A model generated the notes under the pieces. That model had not been told where the DNA came from, searched no databases, and worked only from the letters and a program-made list of their open reading frames with translations. This document shows, piece after piece, positions 61,929 to 64,000 of a stretch of DNA of 64,000 nucleotides. The stretch's first letter is position 1. Every line of letters begins with the position of its first letter. The stretch comes from Euglena gracilis. Its lineage: Eukaryota. The position numbers were made by a program, and so were the translations under genes. The stretch lies in the NCBI GenBank assembly GCA_039621445.1, contig CP154954.1, positions 14,302,387-14,366,386 of the forward strand, in the 5' to 3' direction.

Positions 61929-64000
61929 GACACTGTTCATTCATTCGTTTTGTTTGAGAAGTTGTAGTTCGTCCGTTTACAATTTCGGTGCCGTTCCACC
62001 CAGCAGGATGGACAGCGAAGCGGCCTGCTGCTGATAGCCAGTCTCCCCATTCCCTCGGTGCCCATGCCACGCCTCTGCCAATCGCGACCCTTTGCTTTGT
62101 TCATGACCCATATTCGTTCAACTGTCCCTGGTTTGAAGCCAAGAAAATTCTTCAATGTCTTTTCAGAGGAGCCTTGGAAGCACAATCCAGTCATTGTTTT
62201 TCTGCTTTTCAAGTTGTATTTGCCGTCTTCCAGCATCCCCCCAACCAGCAGTTTCTTATTTTGGCTTGCTGGATCCCCGGATTCTGAAACAGCCAGAGAA
62301 TCAGCAATTCATCAATGGCTAGTTCATTTTGACAAACAATCAGAAACATGTTTGTAGAAGCGTTTTTCTTGTGGCCAACCAACCCACGACCCCCACACTC
62401 AAGAGAAGTTTGGCCAGCTATTTTTTTTGTTTCTAACGTCTTTTTACAACGAGTTGCATAGTCGTCAGGGCATTTCTTTTTCGTGTGTCGTAAATGTTAT
62501 GGCGTAATGTACACCATTTTTTTTTCTCAAAAAGGAGTTTAAAGTCAATTCCTTCAGTATTATTTTTAGGTTTGCTTGGAAACCAATTTGCAAAAATTTT
62601 GTCATGTGGATACCAGGGACTGCGCCAACGGACCCCGTGCCATATGCTGACGACCCATCCCAGCACCTTCCTCTCGGCCTGAGAATGGAACGCCAAGTAA
62701 AAACCCTGTGTTATCAGTGGGGTTTGTCACCAAAGACATTGGCTGAGCAATGTATAATTTAATAAGGGACAATCAAAAAAGGTTGGGCAATGGATGCTTT
62801 CCCACCCCATTTGAAATGGTACATCTGATATACAAAAGGCTTTGGGTCAATATATTATATTTTTTTGCATGCAGCTGTTCTTCGTTTTCACATTGCACAC
62901 TGTTCCCATTCACAAACCTTAAACAATTTACACTGAAAACAGGAAAAAAGGTAGCTGTGCATTTCATGAGGCAAACGAAAGAACAAGCAGCATGTTTTCC
63001 ACAATTTCAGCCGAAGGGATGGATTGCGCAAATGCGTTACACTGACCATGTGCACATTTGCACACACCATCCATTTGTGTACAGACCCCGAGGCAGGTAA
63101 AAGCGAAAACGTTCATCAAAAATTCCAGGGGAGAAGCAGGAGAGAAACAATGGGTGTAGGGTGTGTGTAGGGGGGAGGGTTCCGGGACTGTCGTGCATAC
63201 CAGGGATTTTGTGTCGTGCAGAAATAAAACAGCCAAAAAAAAAGAAATTCGGCCAAAGCTGTGGAGTGACAGCCCCAAAAAAAGAGAATTCGCTCAGATC
63301 TCTCGCAGTCATGATCCCCCTCGATCCAATTTCTCAAAGTTCTGGAATTCCTTGCGAAGAAATAAAATTCCGTTAGTGTATGTGTTTGCGCACACCAACC
63401 AAAAGAAGTTTATTTGTGAGTTATGCCGTCCAAGTCAGTGAAAAAAAGTGTACTCCTGGCATTTCACCCAGTTTCAGTTCCAGGTTAAATCAATTTCAAT
63501 TCAAAATCAGTTTCAATCAATTTCAGTCAGTTTGGCACCCACCCACCCACTGTCGGAAAGGGCTGTTATGGCCAATATGGCTTTGGCCTTTATATTCCAG
63601 TGGTTGGCCATTCCCATGTTTTCCCTCCACCGCTTTTCCACATCACGGCCTCGGTAGCCATACGGCCACCGTGCAGGCCATATTTTTTTTTTAGGTCACC
63701 CCTCCTGCTACAAGTTCACATGTGCTGCTTCTCTTTTCCAATCACTCACATTGTCCATCACCCTTTCTTTCTTATCTCCCCCCATTCTCTTTCTGACTTC
63801 TGTTTCTGATTCTTTCTTTTTTATATTTTTTTTGAATTATTTTAATGCCGGAAAATAGAACAACGTCAGTGGGATGTGGGGAAAATTGCGATTCTTTTTG
63901 GAAGAGCATTTGGAACGCCCCTCGCACAATCTCCCATCAACAACTATCCCAGATGATTCTGGGCCTGTTTCATTGGAACTTGGTGCTCCAGATTGGCGGA

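Larger units (their letters stand above)
58170..62750 (-). mobile_element. Family B repeat, copy 3
   Basis: Colinear direct repeat of 22980-29620 with a different set of nested insertions. ORFs 58150..58587 (NHSLVEA..LRTILSYIYKLY) and 58032..58256 (GGWNGTLQM). Confidence 0.7.

Overview
This is repeat-saturated eukaryotic (probably protist) genomic DNA, with G/C homopolymer runs, microsatellites and GT-AG-like exon remnants. I found no intact host gene, rRNA, tRNA or CRISPR array. Most of the window is a nest of decayed DNA transposons. Family A (+ strand, head-to-tail at ~10.1-21.3 kb and ~40.3-52.1 kb) and family B (three copies: ~0.4-6.8 kb on +, ~23-29.6 kb and ~58.2-62.8 kb on -) carry fragmented, exon-like hAT transposase motifs. 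Further remnants are a hAT at ~33.3-33.9 kb, a CGGBP1-like hAT deletion derivative at 45.7-47.0 kb and a possible PIF/Harbinger remnant at ~55-57.4 kb. Many MITEs are nested in these, several with readable TIRs and 8-bp or TA target-site duplications. Retroelement remnants include a Penelope-like RT fragment and a CRE/SLACS-like ORF. Two signals stand out. (1) A pair of type III hammerhead ribozymes lies 353 nt apart on the - strand (61357-61782), with complementary loop1/loop2 sequences, in a retrozyme-like arrangement. (2) A T2A-like ribosomal skipping peptide (GRGSLMTCGDIEPNPGP) is in frame with the CRE-like ORF at 9366-9419. All protein family calls come from motif recognition by eye, and boundaries of decayed elements are approximate.
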